Shown piece after piece: positions 1-12,015 of a stretch of 64,000 nucleotides of DNA. Under the pieces are notes generated by a model. It searched no databases. It had not been told where the DNA came from and was given only the letters and a program-made list of their open reading frames with translations. The position numbers and the translations under genes are program-made. The stretch is from Basidiobolus meristosporus CBS 931.73 (taxonomy: Eukaryota > Fungi > Basidiobolomycota). The stretch lies in the NCBI GenBank assembly GCA_002104905.1, contig MCFE01000138.1:62001-126000 (forward strand), written 5' to 3'. Each line of letters opens with the position of its first letter. The stretch's first letter is position 1.

Positions 1-1460
1 CTCTCCTAATGGGGTTAGACTTGGCAGCCAGAGCAAATGTTTCCTTAATGTCTAGTCCCTGGATCTGGGAATATCCATTGGCCACCAATCCAGCCTTGTG
101 CGTATCAACAACACCATCTGAGCTTATCTTGAGCTTGAAGACCTATCTACATCCTATTGGCTTTCTCCCATCTGGTAAATATGCCAGTTTTCACGTTTTT
201 GCCTTGATGATTCATTGGTACTCCTGCTGCATGGCTTGTTGCCACATAGTATCATTTGGACTTTGCATTGCTTGTTCCAGATTCCAAGATTTGGCACATA
301 AGGCAAGATAAGCTTCTTCATGATCATTGGATGTTTGCCACCAGGATTCAGTGGCATTTCTAACTCTGGTGTATATCCTAACTGGGATAGTTGGCTCTGA
401 TCTGGAACTAGTAGAATTATCATCTGTATCTGGCTGAACTTGGTATGTATCTTCTTCATTTGTATTGCTTGTATCATCAGGTAGCAGGCCAATGATTTCA
501 GTATCTTTCTGATATTAATTTTCCTCAAATACAACATCCCAGCTCTTGATCAGCTTCTGAATTCTGCCATCATACACTCTATACCCTTTAGTATTGTCAC
601 AATACCCAGAGAAGATCCTTTTTCTACTCTTTGGTTCCAACTTGGAGTGTTTCTTGTCAGCGATGTGATAAAAAACAGCACAGCCAAGGATCTTGAGATG
701 CTGGAGGTCTGGCTTCTTGCCGGTGTATGCTTTCAAAGGGTGTAGAATCATGTAATGCTGGAGGTCTGGCTTCTTGCCTGTGTATGCTTTCAAAGGGTGT
801 AGAATCATGTAATGCTGTTGTTGGTCATCAGTTTCTGATGGATACCATAGTAGCAATAGATTCAACCCAAAGCTTATAGTCCATTCCCTTATCATGCTGC
901 ATAGATATTCCCATTTCTACTATTGCTCTATTTGCACTGTCTGCTACTCCATTTTGCTGTGGAATATGAGAACAGTAATCTGTTGAAGTATACCAGTAGA
1001 TGAGCAGTATTCCCCTCCATTGTCACTTTGTAATACCTTCAGTTTACACCCAGTTTGTATTTCTGCCATGTTCTTGAAGTGCCTTACAGATATTCAATTT
1101 GATCAGAATTGAGTAATTTAGGTCCAAAACAAGCTGATTTTCACCAATTGGCTCATTTTTGTTCCCCATTGTGTCCTGGTCTCCTATGCCATGTCTTCCA
1201 GTTGGTTTCAGCAGATTAAGCAGTGTCAACATATGCAGGTACAATGATCTTGCCTTGTAACTTGTATTTGTTGCAATCTCTGATTTCCAAAGCTAATTTT
1301 TGTCCATTTTCACTCAATATTGAGCAGCTCAGCTTAGTAAAAAAATTGCAGTCCTTGAGCAGTTGCATTACTGACTGAGAGTAGGTTCTTAGCTTTTCCA
1401 GATATGTAGAGTATGTCAGTCAGTTTTGCTGTTGTTGCCCCTGAGCTATTGCTCATATTT
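1..1460 (-). mobile_element. Degenerate Ty1/Copia pol remnant (gag-pre-integrase, post-integrase SH3-like region, start of RT)
   Basis: Minus strand 1-310 reads WQQAMQQEYQ*IIKAKT*KLAYLPDGRKPIGCR*VFKLKISSDGVVDTHKAGLVANGYSQIQGLDIKETF (Copia RT start, W codons mutated to stops). ORF 515-895 has LGCAVFYHIADKKHSKLEPKSRKRIFSGY..TKGYRVYD. About 1150-1460 has WHRRPGH and LTDILYISGKAKNLLSV-like segments. Confidence 0.9.
698..817 (+). repeat. 57-bp in-frame tandem duplication inside the Copia remnant
   Basis: atgctggaggtctggcttcttgcc(g/t)gtgtatgctttcaaagggtgtagaatcatgta starts at 698 and 755, with one mismatch; the translation repeats LQHYMILHPLKAYTGKKPD. Confidence 0.95.
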
Positions 1461-1653
1461 AGTTGTATAGACCCACTGGCAGTAACCTCCTGTGCAGAGT
1501 TATCTCCCAGATAAACCTTTCTTACAGGAATAGTCTGTACTATCTGGTACTATATTTGAATGTTAGCCCTGAAGTAGAGCCTATACAAAGCACATATGAT
1601 GCCAGAAAGTTCCAGTGGACCAAGATAGTGCCATGCATTTTTGTGATATGTTA

Positions 1654-1940
1654 CAAGCCTGTGCGGCTAGATTCAGAGTGCCATGGGTATTGTGTATCAG
1701 ATGCATATTTTCAGTCAGTCTGTGATTGCTCACATCAGGTACAACGCTGATCTCAAAAAAAAGGTTCAAAAATGGATATCCCCAGCCCAGTTGGTGAAAC
1801 ACAAGGGCTGCTTTGCATGAGGATGAGGGACTGTATTTCCCATTCTATGGCTAATTGATGGTCCACCCAGCCTCCCTGACATACTATGGCACTATTTGGC
1901 ACTTATTGCTCAATGTGGCACTATCCAATGGAACAAGTCT
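1654..1940 (+). mobile_element. Terminal fragment of an AGACTTGTTCC-TIR (PHIS-family) element
   Basis: Ends in ggcactatccaatggaacaagtct (reverse TIR) with clustered GGCAC motifs, flanked by AAT; homologous to 13430-13716. Confidence 0.75.
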
Positions 1941-2099
1941 AATAACCATGTTGATTGAATATTCTGAGGTGTAAAGATTGTGATGTCAAAAACTAGAAGA
2001 TTTACATGTTGTTTACCAGAAGGTATTGTGATCAGGAGTATAGCATTCATGCTTTGATAGTGCTTACTAACAAAGGTATGAAGCTTGTTACAGAAGGTC

Positions 2100-2570
2100 T
2101 CAAATATGTTTACAATGTTTGCAGTCTTTTGAGCAGCTAAGCTTGCCAGCACATATTCCAGATTACCAGTACTTGATTTACTCATTCAAGGTAAGTTCCT
2201 ATCAGCATTGGGTAGGTGGAGTATGTCAGTCAGTTATGTTATCCTAACCCCCAATTTATCACTCATATTCAATTTATGGAGCTACCTGCGGAAACTCTCA
2301 GTGAATAATTGTTTCACCACTACATACTTCCTGTAGGAATAATCTTTTAGTTGCAAAACCAATTCCCTCTAGCTCAAATACATTGTCCTGCTGCAAAGCC
2401 AATACAGTACTCTTTACTACAGTTTCATGCATTCACTTTTCCTGTCATAAAATGGCTATTACTCTGTTTTGCAAAGTTTGCTTACTCCATTTGTACTTTG
2501 TAGCTACTTGTTAGTACATGGACTCTCTTATCTGGCTACCTTGCATTATATTGTAGCCACACCAAATAGA
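2100..2570 (-). mobile_element. Second Copia protease-region remnant
   Basis: Minus-strand segments SHFMTG, ELEGIGFATK and LTDILHLPNADRNL resemble the Copia protease region; heavily degenerate. Confidence 0.55.
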
Positions 2571-2940
2571 AGTTCTGATCTGATACTTGAATGTCTAAGT
2601 TGGATCAGTTTTTTGCCAAAGCATTTAGTTTCATGATTGGCCTAATGGTATTTCAGCAACATATGTCAAATTAGCAGTATTTAGTCAGCAAATAACTCTG
2701 CAGATTCTTTTCAGACAGAAATCAATACATAAGGTATGATCTAACTGGGTATTGATAATGCAGTTGAATGAGTTGGCAGCCACAACCTACATTAGGAACT
2801 ACAATTAGGCAGCAAATGATCTGGCAAATATATAGAAGGAGCTGCTGGTACATCAACAAAGATAAGTTCAAGTATTAGTGAATCAGATACCAGCTCAAGC
2901 TTCCTATTCCTCTAAAACTCTCAATTCAAGACTTGTAACA
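2571..2940 (+). mobile_element. Solo LTR of the same Gypsy family as 5763-6131, opposite orientation
   Basis: Its reverse complement aligns end to end with 5763-6131 (tgttacaagtcttg...ccagcagctcctt...ttgccagatca.ttgctg.ctaattgta...ggttgtggctg). No PBS or PPT is adjacent. Confidence 0.85.
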
Positions 2941-3119
2941 TATAACTTCTTATTATCTGTCAGGTTCCACCAGTCTCCATATGCATTTGCTGCTCCTTAA
3001 TAGGAGTATAAGCTATACATACACATTCATTTAGCGGTAGAGTGAGCAGGGTATTATATTTGTATTGTCAACATTGGCCAACCCCTTTTGCTCAGTGTTG
3101 CCATTCCTATAATGGGTTG

Positions 3120-3800
3120 TGAAATATAATATGTAGGCTGCTTCTTCTTTTTAAGCAGCTATCTTCTCCAGTAGAGCTTGCTAGTAGCTGCTTTTGCTAT
3201 GAAGATCCTCTCTGAGGATTATCAGGCTGCCTTGACTTCATTTGGAGCACACATTTGTTCAGACTACCAAGCGCAAACAATGCTCCACAAGGCATTAAAT
3301 GTGTTTTTACCATTGTTGAAATTTAGCAACCTCTTATTTTGCTCCATTTGGATCACTTTCTGGTCCTGTCACTATAAACCATATATTTTTCTCCTACATT
3401 GCTACATATTGATTCAAAAGCCTTTCTAATTTATTCCCTCTTCAAAACAACCTTCATGTGCTGTTTATTTGGGTTTGGCTTGTTTTCCTATTTCTTGATC
3501 CCAAGATTCTCTGTGCTCATGGTGGATATGCATCTTAACTCTCAAAAGTCTATGATTTTTCCATTAAACAGATTCTGCACATGGAGGCTGTTTGTTTTGT
3601 ACTGTTTGCTGGTGGAGGTCTTGCCTAGAATAAATACAGGCTATCAGGGTTCATTATTTGTTGCAATCTGAGAAGTGATTCAAAATATGGATTATGTTAA
3701 GAAATAATGATAAGACCAATAATCAGAAGTTAAGTTGCATCATCTTAGTAGTAATTGGGTTCTTCACTGACTGAGACAGGGTTGCAGGGGTTGAGCCAAC
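3120..3800 (-). mobile_element. Highly degenerate Copia gag-pre-integrase/integrase remnant
   Basis: Minus-strand fragments NPVSVSE (cf. NLLSVSQ), CRICLMEK (cf. CxxCxxGK) and LLNFNNGK (cf. LRSDNGGE) occur in the expected order. Confidence 0.45.
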
Positions 3801-4332
3801 CTTTAGCTGTGCAATGAAACCAAATAATTCAACCCTCCAGCAGTTGATGCTAGTGATTAGTTACACTTGGTCTCCAGCTGGAGGATGCTATGGGCTTAAG
3901 GTTTTACCCACTTGTTGGTGCTCTAAGATTAGCTCAGCATGATTTTATGCGCAGGTTAGTCAGCTCTAACTCAATTCTAAGAAAACACCCTCATTTTTGA
4001 CAATCTCTCACCTTTATCAACATAAAGTAACATGGCCTTAAGGAGAATATCATGTATATGTACTATTTTACATCTATTTGGTGTAGTTTCATAATGTGCA
4101 GCACTCTTATGTCCAGAACTGCTATGACTAAGAGTAGTCTATGCATCTTATATTCATCATTGATGGTGAATTTTGCCCAGCACTTTTAGTCCATTCCACT
4201 CCTAGATTGTGTTTGATGTCCCAGCTTTACAATATGCGTGCTCATATGTTTTGCTATTGTCAGGGCTGAGCATCTATTTGCTGCAGTGTACAACTACATC
4301 TCTATTTTGATAATATGTTTCTACACCAGAGC

Positions 4333-5630
4333 TGTTGAAATATTGGACTATTTGGTATCATTCAGCAGCTAAGAATTTACTTGACAACTCTGGACTAGTC
4401 TTGGTCACTGTGGGACTAATTCACAGCCCTAATTTTGTCACTTTCTTCAGATCTACAATCTTATTGTTATTCCCCTATAGCCAGGATCAAATTAGCACTA
4501 TTACCAAACATTATGTATTAACCCTGAAACTGTTACAGACTGCTCCTGAATATTGGGAAGCCCTCCTTACTTAGTATTACAGGTGATTTGCTTCAACAAA
4601 GGTATAAATATTGAGCTTCTTTACAAATAAACTATAGTTCAAATATTATCACTATATTTTGATAAGTTCCTTATCTTCAAATCACTTCTTAAATTGCAAC
4701 AGATTATGAGCCCCAATTGCCTTAATCTACTCTCAAGATGACTTCTACTAGCAAACAGAACAATACCAACATCTTCCCTGCAAAGGAGAGGTTTGTTGGG
4801 CAGAGCTACAGACTTTGGAGAATCAAGATGCAGACCCACCCAGAGGAAAGAAAGCATTTGAATATAGTAACAGGAACAGAAGTTGAGCCCAGTGGAACAG
4901 CAGAAGAAGTGAAGAAGTTTCAAGAGAAGGAGAGAAAGGCCTTCAATGCCATAGGGATTGATGTGCAAGATTCCTCCATTGGACAAATCTATGCCTCAAA
5001 TACTGCCAAAGCAGCATAGGAATCCTTAGAGAAGATCATTAAAGCAAAGTTGGTATCAACTAGCTTTATCCAGAACAAAAGTTCTTCAACATGAGGAAGA
5101 AGCCAGATGATGACATGCTATAACTCATTTCCAGAATGGAGACACTTGAAGAAGAACTTTATAGTATCAATGCTGGTGTAGATGATGAAGAAAAGATACT
5201 CTGTTTGCTTTGCAGCCTACCAGACAAGTATGAGCCTCTCATACTTTCTTTTGAAGGTAGAGAAGACAATCTGACTTTAGACCATGTCAACAAAAGACTT
5301 CTTCATGAAGAACTCAGATGTAATGATCAAGCAGAGAAAATTGAAAATAATGCTTTATTCAGCTCAGAAAGGCACACAGAAAAGAAGGGAAAGCAACAAA
5401 TCCAAAGAAAACCTGGTTGCTGTACTACTGAAAAGAGCCAGAGCACTTGGCAAGAGAATGCAAGAAGAACCAAGCAGACAAAAGACAGAAACTAGAGCAG
5501 GAAAACCATGCAACTACTGATGAACACTTACTTGTAACTGTACAAGAGAGTGCAAGTAACCAAAGTTATGAATGGTATATTGACTCTGGAGCATCACAGC
5601 ATATTTGTGGTATAGAGGAATGATTCAGCA
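4333..5630 (+). mobile_element. 5' part of a Ty1/Copia element: LTR (4333-4701), PBS, gag and protease start, truncated
   Basis: TGTTG...CAACA termini. Gag-like ORFs (YRLWRIKMQ; EEKILCLLCSLPDKYEPLILSFE...LTLDHVNKRLLHEE) and the protease motif EWYIDSGASQHICG at ~5570-5610; stops and frameshifts present. Confidence 0.85.
4702..4713 (+). promoter_or_regulatory. Copia primer-binding site of the internal (half-molecule) tRNAiMet type
   Basis: GATTATGAGCCC directly follows the CAACA LTR end; one mismatch to the GGTTATGAGCCC-type PBS of Ty5/copia-like elements (recalled). Confidence 0.65.
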
Positions 5631-5762
5631 ACTCTATACCTAGAGGTTTCACCTGATACCTATGAACACTCTTTTTCCACTTCTTAGCTCCTATCTTGAG
5701 AATTTTTTGCCATTGAGTTGGGGCCACATATTGGTACCTGCATAAAAGCCAGTATTTTGTTG

Positions 5763-6131
5763 TGTTACAAGTCTTGGTATAAGAGTTGTAGAGGAATAGG
5801 GGAGTTTAGCCAGTATTGTATTCACTAAAACTTAAACTGATTTTTATTAAGGTTCCAGCAGCTCCTTATATACATTTTGCCAGATCAATTGCTGACTAAT
5901 TGTATTTCCTAACATAGGTTGTGGCTGATGACTCATTTGATTGCATCATCATCACCCAATAAGATCCTACTTACTATATCTATTTCTGTCTGATAAGGGT
6001 CTGCTGATTCATTTGCTGACTAATGCTACTGATTTCATAGTTAATTTTGATATACTGATAACCTAAACATATACTAATTGATTTGACTAAAAACTGATCT
6101 AATATAAACATTCAAGCGGCAGATCATAACA
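5763..6131 (-). repeat. 3' LTR of the Gypsy element (369 bp)
   Basis: TG...CA termini (tgttac...ataaca), adjacent to the PPT; paralogous to 2571-2940. Confidence 0.85.
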
Positions 6132-6141
6132 TTCTCCCTTA

Positions 6142-9100
6142 CTAAAGTTGAGAGGGTTCTTCTGAATCTCTTTTCTTGTGATACCAATATCTTGATGGTT
6201 CAGTATTATCAGCAAATCTTGCAAGCTTGAGTCTGTCCCTATGCACTAAGTCTTCCCGGATATTGCCTTGTTTGTCCACCAGTTGGTTAGTTGCAAATGG
6301 ACATTCTCTGATGATCTTGAATGGTCCTGTCCATTGTGGCTCAAACTTCTTCCAAGTGATGTTTCTTAGCAATACAAAGTTCCCTACTGTCAATGCTTCT
6401 GGTGTTATAGTCTTATCAAATCTCTCCTTCATCTTTTCTGCAATTTGAGATACTTTGGTATGTGCCTCTTGACATCTTTGTTCCAGTTGCTGGTGTCTAC
6501 TTGGCTGACTGAGTTCATCTTCTAAGGTGTCTGTAAGTTTTGGTTGTGTGAGATCTCCTGGAATCCTTGGTTCACATCCATAAACTGAGTAAAATGGTGA
6601 TTGCTGGGTGGTGTTGTGAACTCTGACTCTGCATGCAAAGAGTGCTTGGTCTATATACTCATCCCATCTACTGACAACTCCATTTGCATACTTGGTCAGC
6701 ATTTTTCCAAATAATCCATTAAACCGCTCAGTGACTCCATTAGTTCTGGGGTGATATGCCAAGGTTTTCAAGTGTCTGATCTGCTGCATTTCCAGGTAAG
6801 CCTCTAATGTCTTTGCCATAAATTTGGCACCTCTATTGGATAAGATCTCCACAGGGCATCCAAACTTCATCAGGATCTCATGGTAAATGAAACTTGCAAC
6901 TTCTTGTTCACTGGCTATTGGTACAGCTTTAGCAACTGGCCATTTAGTGGTGTGGTCAATTGCTACTAGGATCCAACGGTTGCATTTCCTGGTAGTTGGA
7001 AGTCTTCCAATAAAGTCATTTCCCCATCTCTTAAATGGTCTTACAGGCTCCAAAGGGAAGAGTTTGGCAATTCTTTGTGGCTGGCCTTGATTGATTTGGC
7101 AGTTTGGGCATGTTTTCACTAGCTTCTCAATTTCTTGTTTCATTCTGGGCCACCATGCTCTGGCTTTCACAAGACTATAGGTTCCATCAATCCCAAGATG
7201 TCCATATCCATTGTGTAGCTTATGTATTAAATCCAGGCAAGCAACATAAGGACAATAGGCAATAGGGCTTCCATCAACAATTTGGTAGAGTGTTTCATCC
7301 TGTACAATAAATTTGCTGGCTTGATCACGGATTATCTTCTTGATATCTTCATCCACCTCATTAGGAATGGCTTGGTCCTCCAAGTACTTTGGTAATAGGC
7401 TAGGCCAATCTGATTCATGCGCCAAGTTGAGTTGTGCAACTTGATCTAATCTTGATATGGCATCAGCAACTGTGTTGTTTTTTCCAGGACAGTAGACAAT
7501 CTCCAGGTCAAATTGCTGAATGTATTCACTCCATCTTGTCATTCTTCTAGAGAGTACCTTCTGAGTAAATATATACTTGAGGGAGGCATGATCAGTCTTC
7601 ACAGTGCATTTGACTCCTTCAATATAGCATCTCCATGTCTTCAAACAGTGTATTATAGCAAGCATCTCCTTCTCATGGACTGGATAGTTTTGTTCTGCTG
7701 AGTTCAGCTTCTTGGATTCAAAGGCAACAGGGTAGTCCTTTCCCTTGTGTTCTTGACTCAGCACTCCACCAATGGCATTATCTAAAGCATCTGTGCACAG
7801 AGCGAACTCTTTTCTGAAGTCTGGTATTCTTAAGCTTGGCAGCTTAGCAAGTTCATTCTTGAGTGTCTGGAAGGCAGTCTCACAAGCTATGTCCCACTTG
7901 TAGGTATTGTCTTTCTTGAAGATATCAGTTAAAGGGCCTGCAATACTTGCAAAAGACTTGACAAATCTCCGATAATAGCAAACCATTCCAAGGAATGATC
8001 TGAGTTCTGATATGCTATGGGGCTGCTTCAAATTCTTGATTACTTCCACCTTCTTGGGGTCTAAGGTTACTCCTGTGCTATTCACTATGTGTCCCAGGTA
8101 TTCTACGTGTTCCTTGAAGAATTCACACTTGGCTAGCTTGACATAAAGCTTGTTCTCTCTTAGCTTCTTCAAGACCTTTTCAATGTGCACCAAGTGATCC
8201 TCTTCTGTCTGCTGTATATTGGTATATCATCTAGGTAGATTATGACAAACTTGTCTAAGTACTCCTGGAAGACAGTCTGCATCAGGGTCATGAAAGTTGC
8301 AGGGGCATTGGTGAGACCAAAACTCATGACTAGGCACTTGTAATGTCCATATCTGGTCCTGAATGCTGTCTTAAGGATGTCTTCTGGCTTCACCCTAATC
8401 TGGTTGTATCCTGACATGAGGTCAATCTTGCTGAAATTAGTGGCTCCATTAAGTTGGTCCAAAAGCTCATCAATCCAAGGTATGGGGTACTTATTCTTGA
8501 CAGTAACTGAGTTCAGGGCTCTGTAGTCAATGCACATCCTAAGTGTTCCATCCTTCTTTTTCACAAAAAGCACTGGTGCTCCCCGGGGTGACTTGCTGGG
8601 CCTGATGTATCCTTGCTCCAATAGCTGATCAGTTTGTCTCTTCATTTCCTCCAATTCCAATGGACTCATTCTGTAAGGTGTCTTGCTCACTGGAGGGCTA
8701 TCTCCTGTGTCAGTGGCATGATCCACATCTCTGATTGGTGGTAGGCTTACAAGCTCATCAGGAAACACGTCCATATATTTCTTCAAGAGAGTCTTGACCT
8801 ACTGGGGTGCTGGGGTAGCGGAATCCTCCTGTAATACAGCCATGAGGAACATCTGGGTACCTTTTCTAAGTGCTCTACAGAACTGGGTCTTGCTAAGTTC
8901 ACTTGTCGCACACATACTGGAATTGACCAAGTTGAAATCCAGCCTGGCAGGGAATAGCTCATAGGTCTTGTTGTCTTTTTGGATCTGAGTAGCATGGGTT
9001 CTCCAGTTGATTGTTGGATTACAACAAAATAGCCAGGTTTTTCCAAGTACAAGGTCAAACTTGCAGTTCCCAAATATATAAGCCTGTAGGTCTTCTTCAT

Positions 9101-10274
9101 AGTCATTGATCTTCATTCTTACTGGCTGGGTAATACAGTTGATTATGTGAGAGTTCCCATCAGCTGTGGAGACTGAAGTTGATTTGGTAGGTTCCAAATT
9201 GATTCCAGCTTTCAAGGCAGATTGCTCTGATATGTACTCATGCGGTGCTCCTGAGTAAATCATGATCTTGGCAGGCACTCCATTGATTACTCCATTTAAG
9301 TACAATAACTTCCCTGAGTTTGAAATCATTTGGGACAAGTACTCTTCTGTCATATTGAAGGTGAGTTCCAAGTCTTCTTTAAGCTCATCTTCTACATTAC
9401 TGTGTTCATGGGACTCAGTATGGTTGAAGGTTCTTGTTGGCTGGTGTCCATTTCTTCTCTGAGGGCAGTACTTTGCAATATGTCCTTGCTGGTGGCAATT
9501 GAAGCAAAGTCCTTTCTTCTTACATTCTTCTGGGGTAGGTTTCCTCTGCATAGCAACTATTTCCATTGGTACTGCTTCTGACTGTCTTTTTTCATAATGA
9601 TTGTAGCCTTTCTGATTAGTCACTGTAGGCTTCCCAACTCCAAACATAGCTGAGTCATAGTCAATGGCAATCTTGATGGCTTCTTCAATAGTCTGAGGTC
9701 TTTGGTAATTCACTTCCTTGCGAGTTCTTTCTTTCAACCCATCAATAAAGTATTCAACTTGATCCAAGGGGTCCATTCATTCAATTTGTCCAAGTAGACA
9801 TCTGTACTCATAGATGTATTCTTGTACCATTCCTTTCTGTCTGAGTGTCTTTAACTTCCTTCTTAGTAGTGTCTGCTGGTGTGGAGGTTCAAAAGCATCC
9901 TGAATTTCCTACACAAACTCATGCCAGGTAGAGATTGTAGAGCATCCCATCATAGTGGCTGACCTGATTGTGTTGTGGTACCACTGTAAAGCTGCATCTG
10001 CCAGGTAAGAAGCTGCATAATGCAACTTGCTCTCTGGAGCAATTCCTTTAGCTTTAAAAGCTTCTTCAATCTGAAAGAGCCAAGTTCCCAGGTTTTCATT
10101 GACTCTGCCATGGTACCGGTTGACCTTCACACTAAAGTTGCTCTTGAGAGGGCTTTGCTGGCTCTGAGCCATAGTAGTCATTCCTTGTTGCTGTTGGCTG
10201 AGGATCTGGAGTAACTGTTGCTGTTGGGCCAGGATTTGCTGCATGGCATTCTTCCATTCTTGATTGTCCAACAT
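6142..10274 (-). pseudogene. Gypsy gag-pol, disrupted
   Basis: Zinc knuckle CFNCHQQGHIAKYC; protease IYSGA (D to Y); RT YLDD; RNase H; integrase HHCC and DDE with SDRG changed to SNRG; GPF motif. In-frame stops at 9909, ~9779 and 8799, and a frameshift near 8200. Confidence 0.93.
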
Positions 10275-10320
10275 CTTGAGGGTAGTTTCTTCTTTCTTCA
10301 GGAGGGAGGTTTCTGGTTAT

Positions 10321-10331
10321 CACTGATACCA
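10321..10331 (-). promoter_or_regulatory. Gypsy primer-binding site (tRNAiMet 3'-end type)
   Basis: TGGTATCAGTG lies one base after the LTR-terminal CA. Confidence 0.85.
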
Positions 10332-11109
10332 ATGTTATAAGTCTTGGTATAAGGCAGAGTTTCATTATCAATTATAGTTAATGCATAAAGGGTGATGAAA
10401 ACAGGAACAATATTGCTTGGTGTATTGAGGATCAGAGTTTATGAGGGTAAACTTATATCCAGTCTTATCTGGAAGCATACACTAGTCACCTAAATCATGA
10501 TACACCAATGCTGCAGCACAGGAGATTAGAGCCTCTCAATTTTGAGTATTTGAGCAAAATGATAAAAAATTAATTGATTATATGTGAACAACCTGATACC
10601 CAAGCACTTTGGAGCCCCACATAGCTTAAGCTATCAAAAAAGAAGCAAATAGGTGAAACACAACAAAAATGAACTCACAAAATGGAAGAAAATACACCTC
10701 AAATATTTGGGTTACATCTGCAAAACTCATGATATTAAGCATAAAACACTGCCCTATATTCTTTTCAGCATAATGATATGGTGAAATAAGATAACAGGTC
10801 CATAATAGATATACTAAGACAAATGTTTATGACAAACAATTATCTTCAGATTCCTCAACAGATCCTTGCTATACAGTAGTGCTTATTAGTAAAAGAAGTT
10901 TCAGCACAATATTTTGTGCTGCTATTCTATTTTAGACCTAAAATGGACTCATAACAACTGTGGAAAGTCTCATAGTATTTTTTTACACAGCTAATGCTAA
11001 GGTACTCCCCAGAGTTCCTCATAACATGTTCTACACAGTGTAAATTCATCTGTTGTGGTCACTGAAGTGCAAGTATGGCCTATAGGTCAGATGACATCAA
11101 GAGTCAGAT

Positions 11110-11427
11110 TCTAATTATGCTCAGGAATGTGCTGTCCAAGTGCATAAGATAAATGAAAATTGCATCATCAATCAGCTGATGTCTTGGCAACTGCTCAGTG
11201 GTTGATTAGATCTCAGATGACTAATCACTTGGAAAGCCTTAGCTGATCAGTTGAGGACGTAATGACCACATGTAAATTGATCAGGTGTGACAGCTAAAAA
11301 TAGACTCTGAGGTGGGATAAGTTAAACTGTAACTGGGATTTGTTATCTTTGGGTTAGGGAAAATCAGTTAGGGTACAAGATTTTCAAACGGATAAATTGG
11401 CAAAGTTTTATATGTTGATGCACAACA
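11110..11427 (+). mobile_element. Partial copy of the ~695-bp TGTTG...CAACA solo-LTR family
   Basis: Matches one half of 21607-22292, 50233-50927 and 51861-52556 (gatcaggtgtgacagctaaaa...gggttagggaaaat...tgttgatgcacaaca). Orientation is arbitrary. Confidence 0.85.
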
Positions 11428-12015
11428 CAATGAAAGCTACAATTTCTCACCCATATATCACTTCTGACAAATGTAAAATGCTTTCTCATTGCCACCAATT
11501 GATGGCACTAATTCACAGCAAATGAGTAAAATTCTCACTTGGGTGGTCTTTGCCACCATTGTACAGTCACAGTTAGTGTACAATAGTATCCTGGAAGTGA
11601 TCAGATCAGTGTCTTTGAGCATTTAACTAGGTCAGAAACAGCTCAAGCTACTTTACTGATGAGGACACATATGTATTTATGCCAATGCAATCCAAGTTGT
11701 TGAACCTTAGGCAGCAAAAAGAGTCTTGGAATGCCCTGCAATAAATCTTTGGTGAACTAAAAAGACCAATGAGTATGAGTCTTTTACAGTGGGTCAAGCT
11801 TTGGACTCAGTGAAGTCTGCACTCAAGCCAAATCAATAAAATGCACATAGGCATACAAAGCAACCATACTGCATAGAAATACTCATCCCATTAGCCATGT
11901 TAACTCTTCAATACTAGTCAAGGCTCTTGTGACTAATTATCAGTTTTCACATACCAGATGGCCCTAAAAGCTGCATTTTGTTATGCAAAACTTGATGAGG
12001 ATGGCAATACATACT

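Larger units (their letters stand above)
5763..10353 (-). mobile_element. Ty3/Gypsy LTR retrotransposon with complete 3' LTR and 5' LTR reduced to ~21 bp
   Basis: Domain order gag-PR-RT-RNaseH-IN. PPT aagggagaa precedes TGTTATG at 6131; PBS TGGTATCAGTG at 10331-10321. 10333-10353 (tgttataagtcttggtataag) matches 5763-5783 and then diverges. Confidence 0.95.

Noticed and set aside
2566-2945. TSD for the Gypsy solo LTR
   Set aside because: Flanks ATAGA and TATAA do not match convincingly.
8799-9911. Programmed readthrough or frameshift in Gypsy gag-pol
   Set aside because: There are several stops, two of them within gag, plus a frameshift inside RT; these are better explained as decay.
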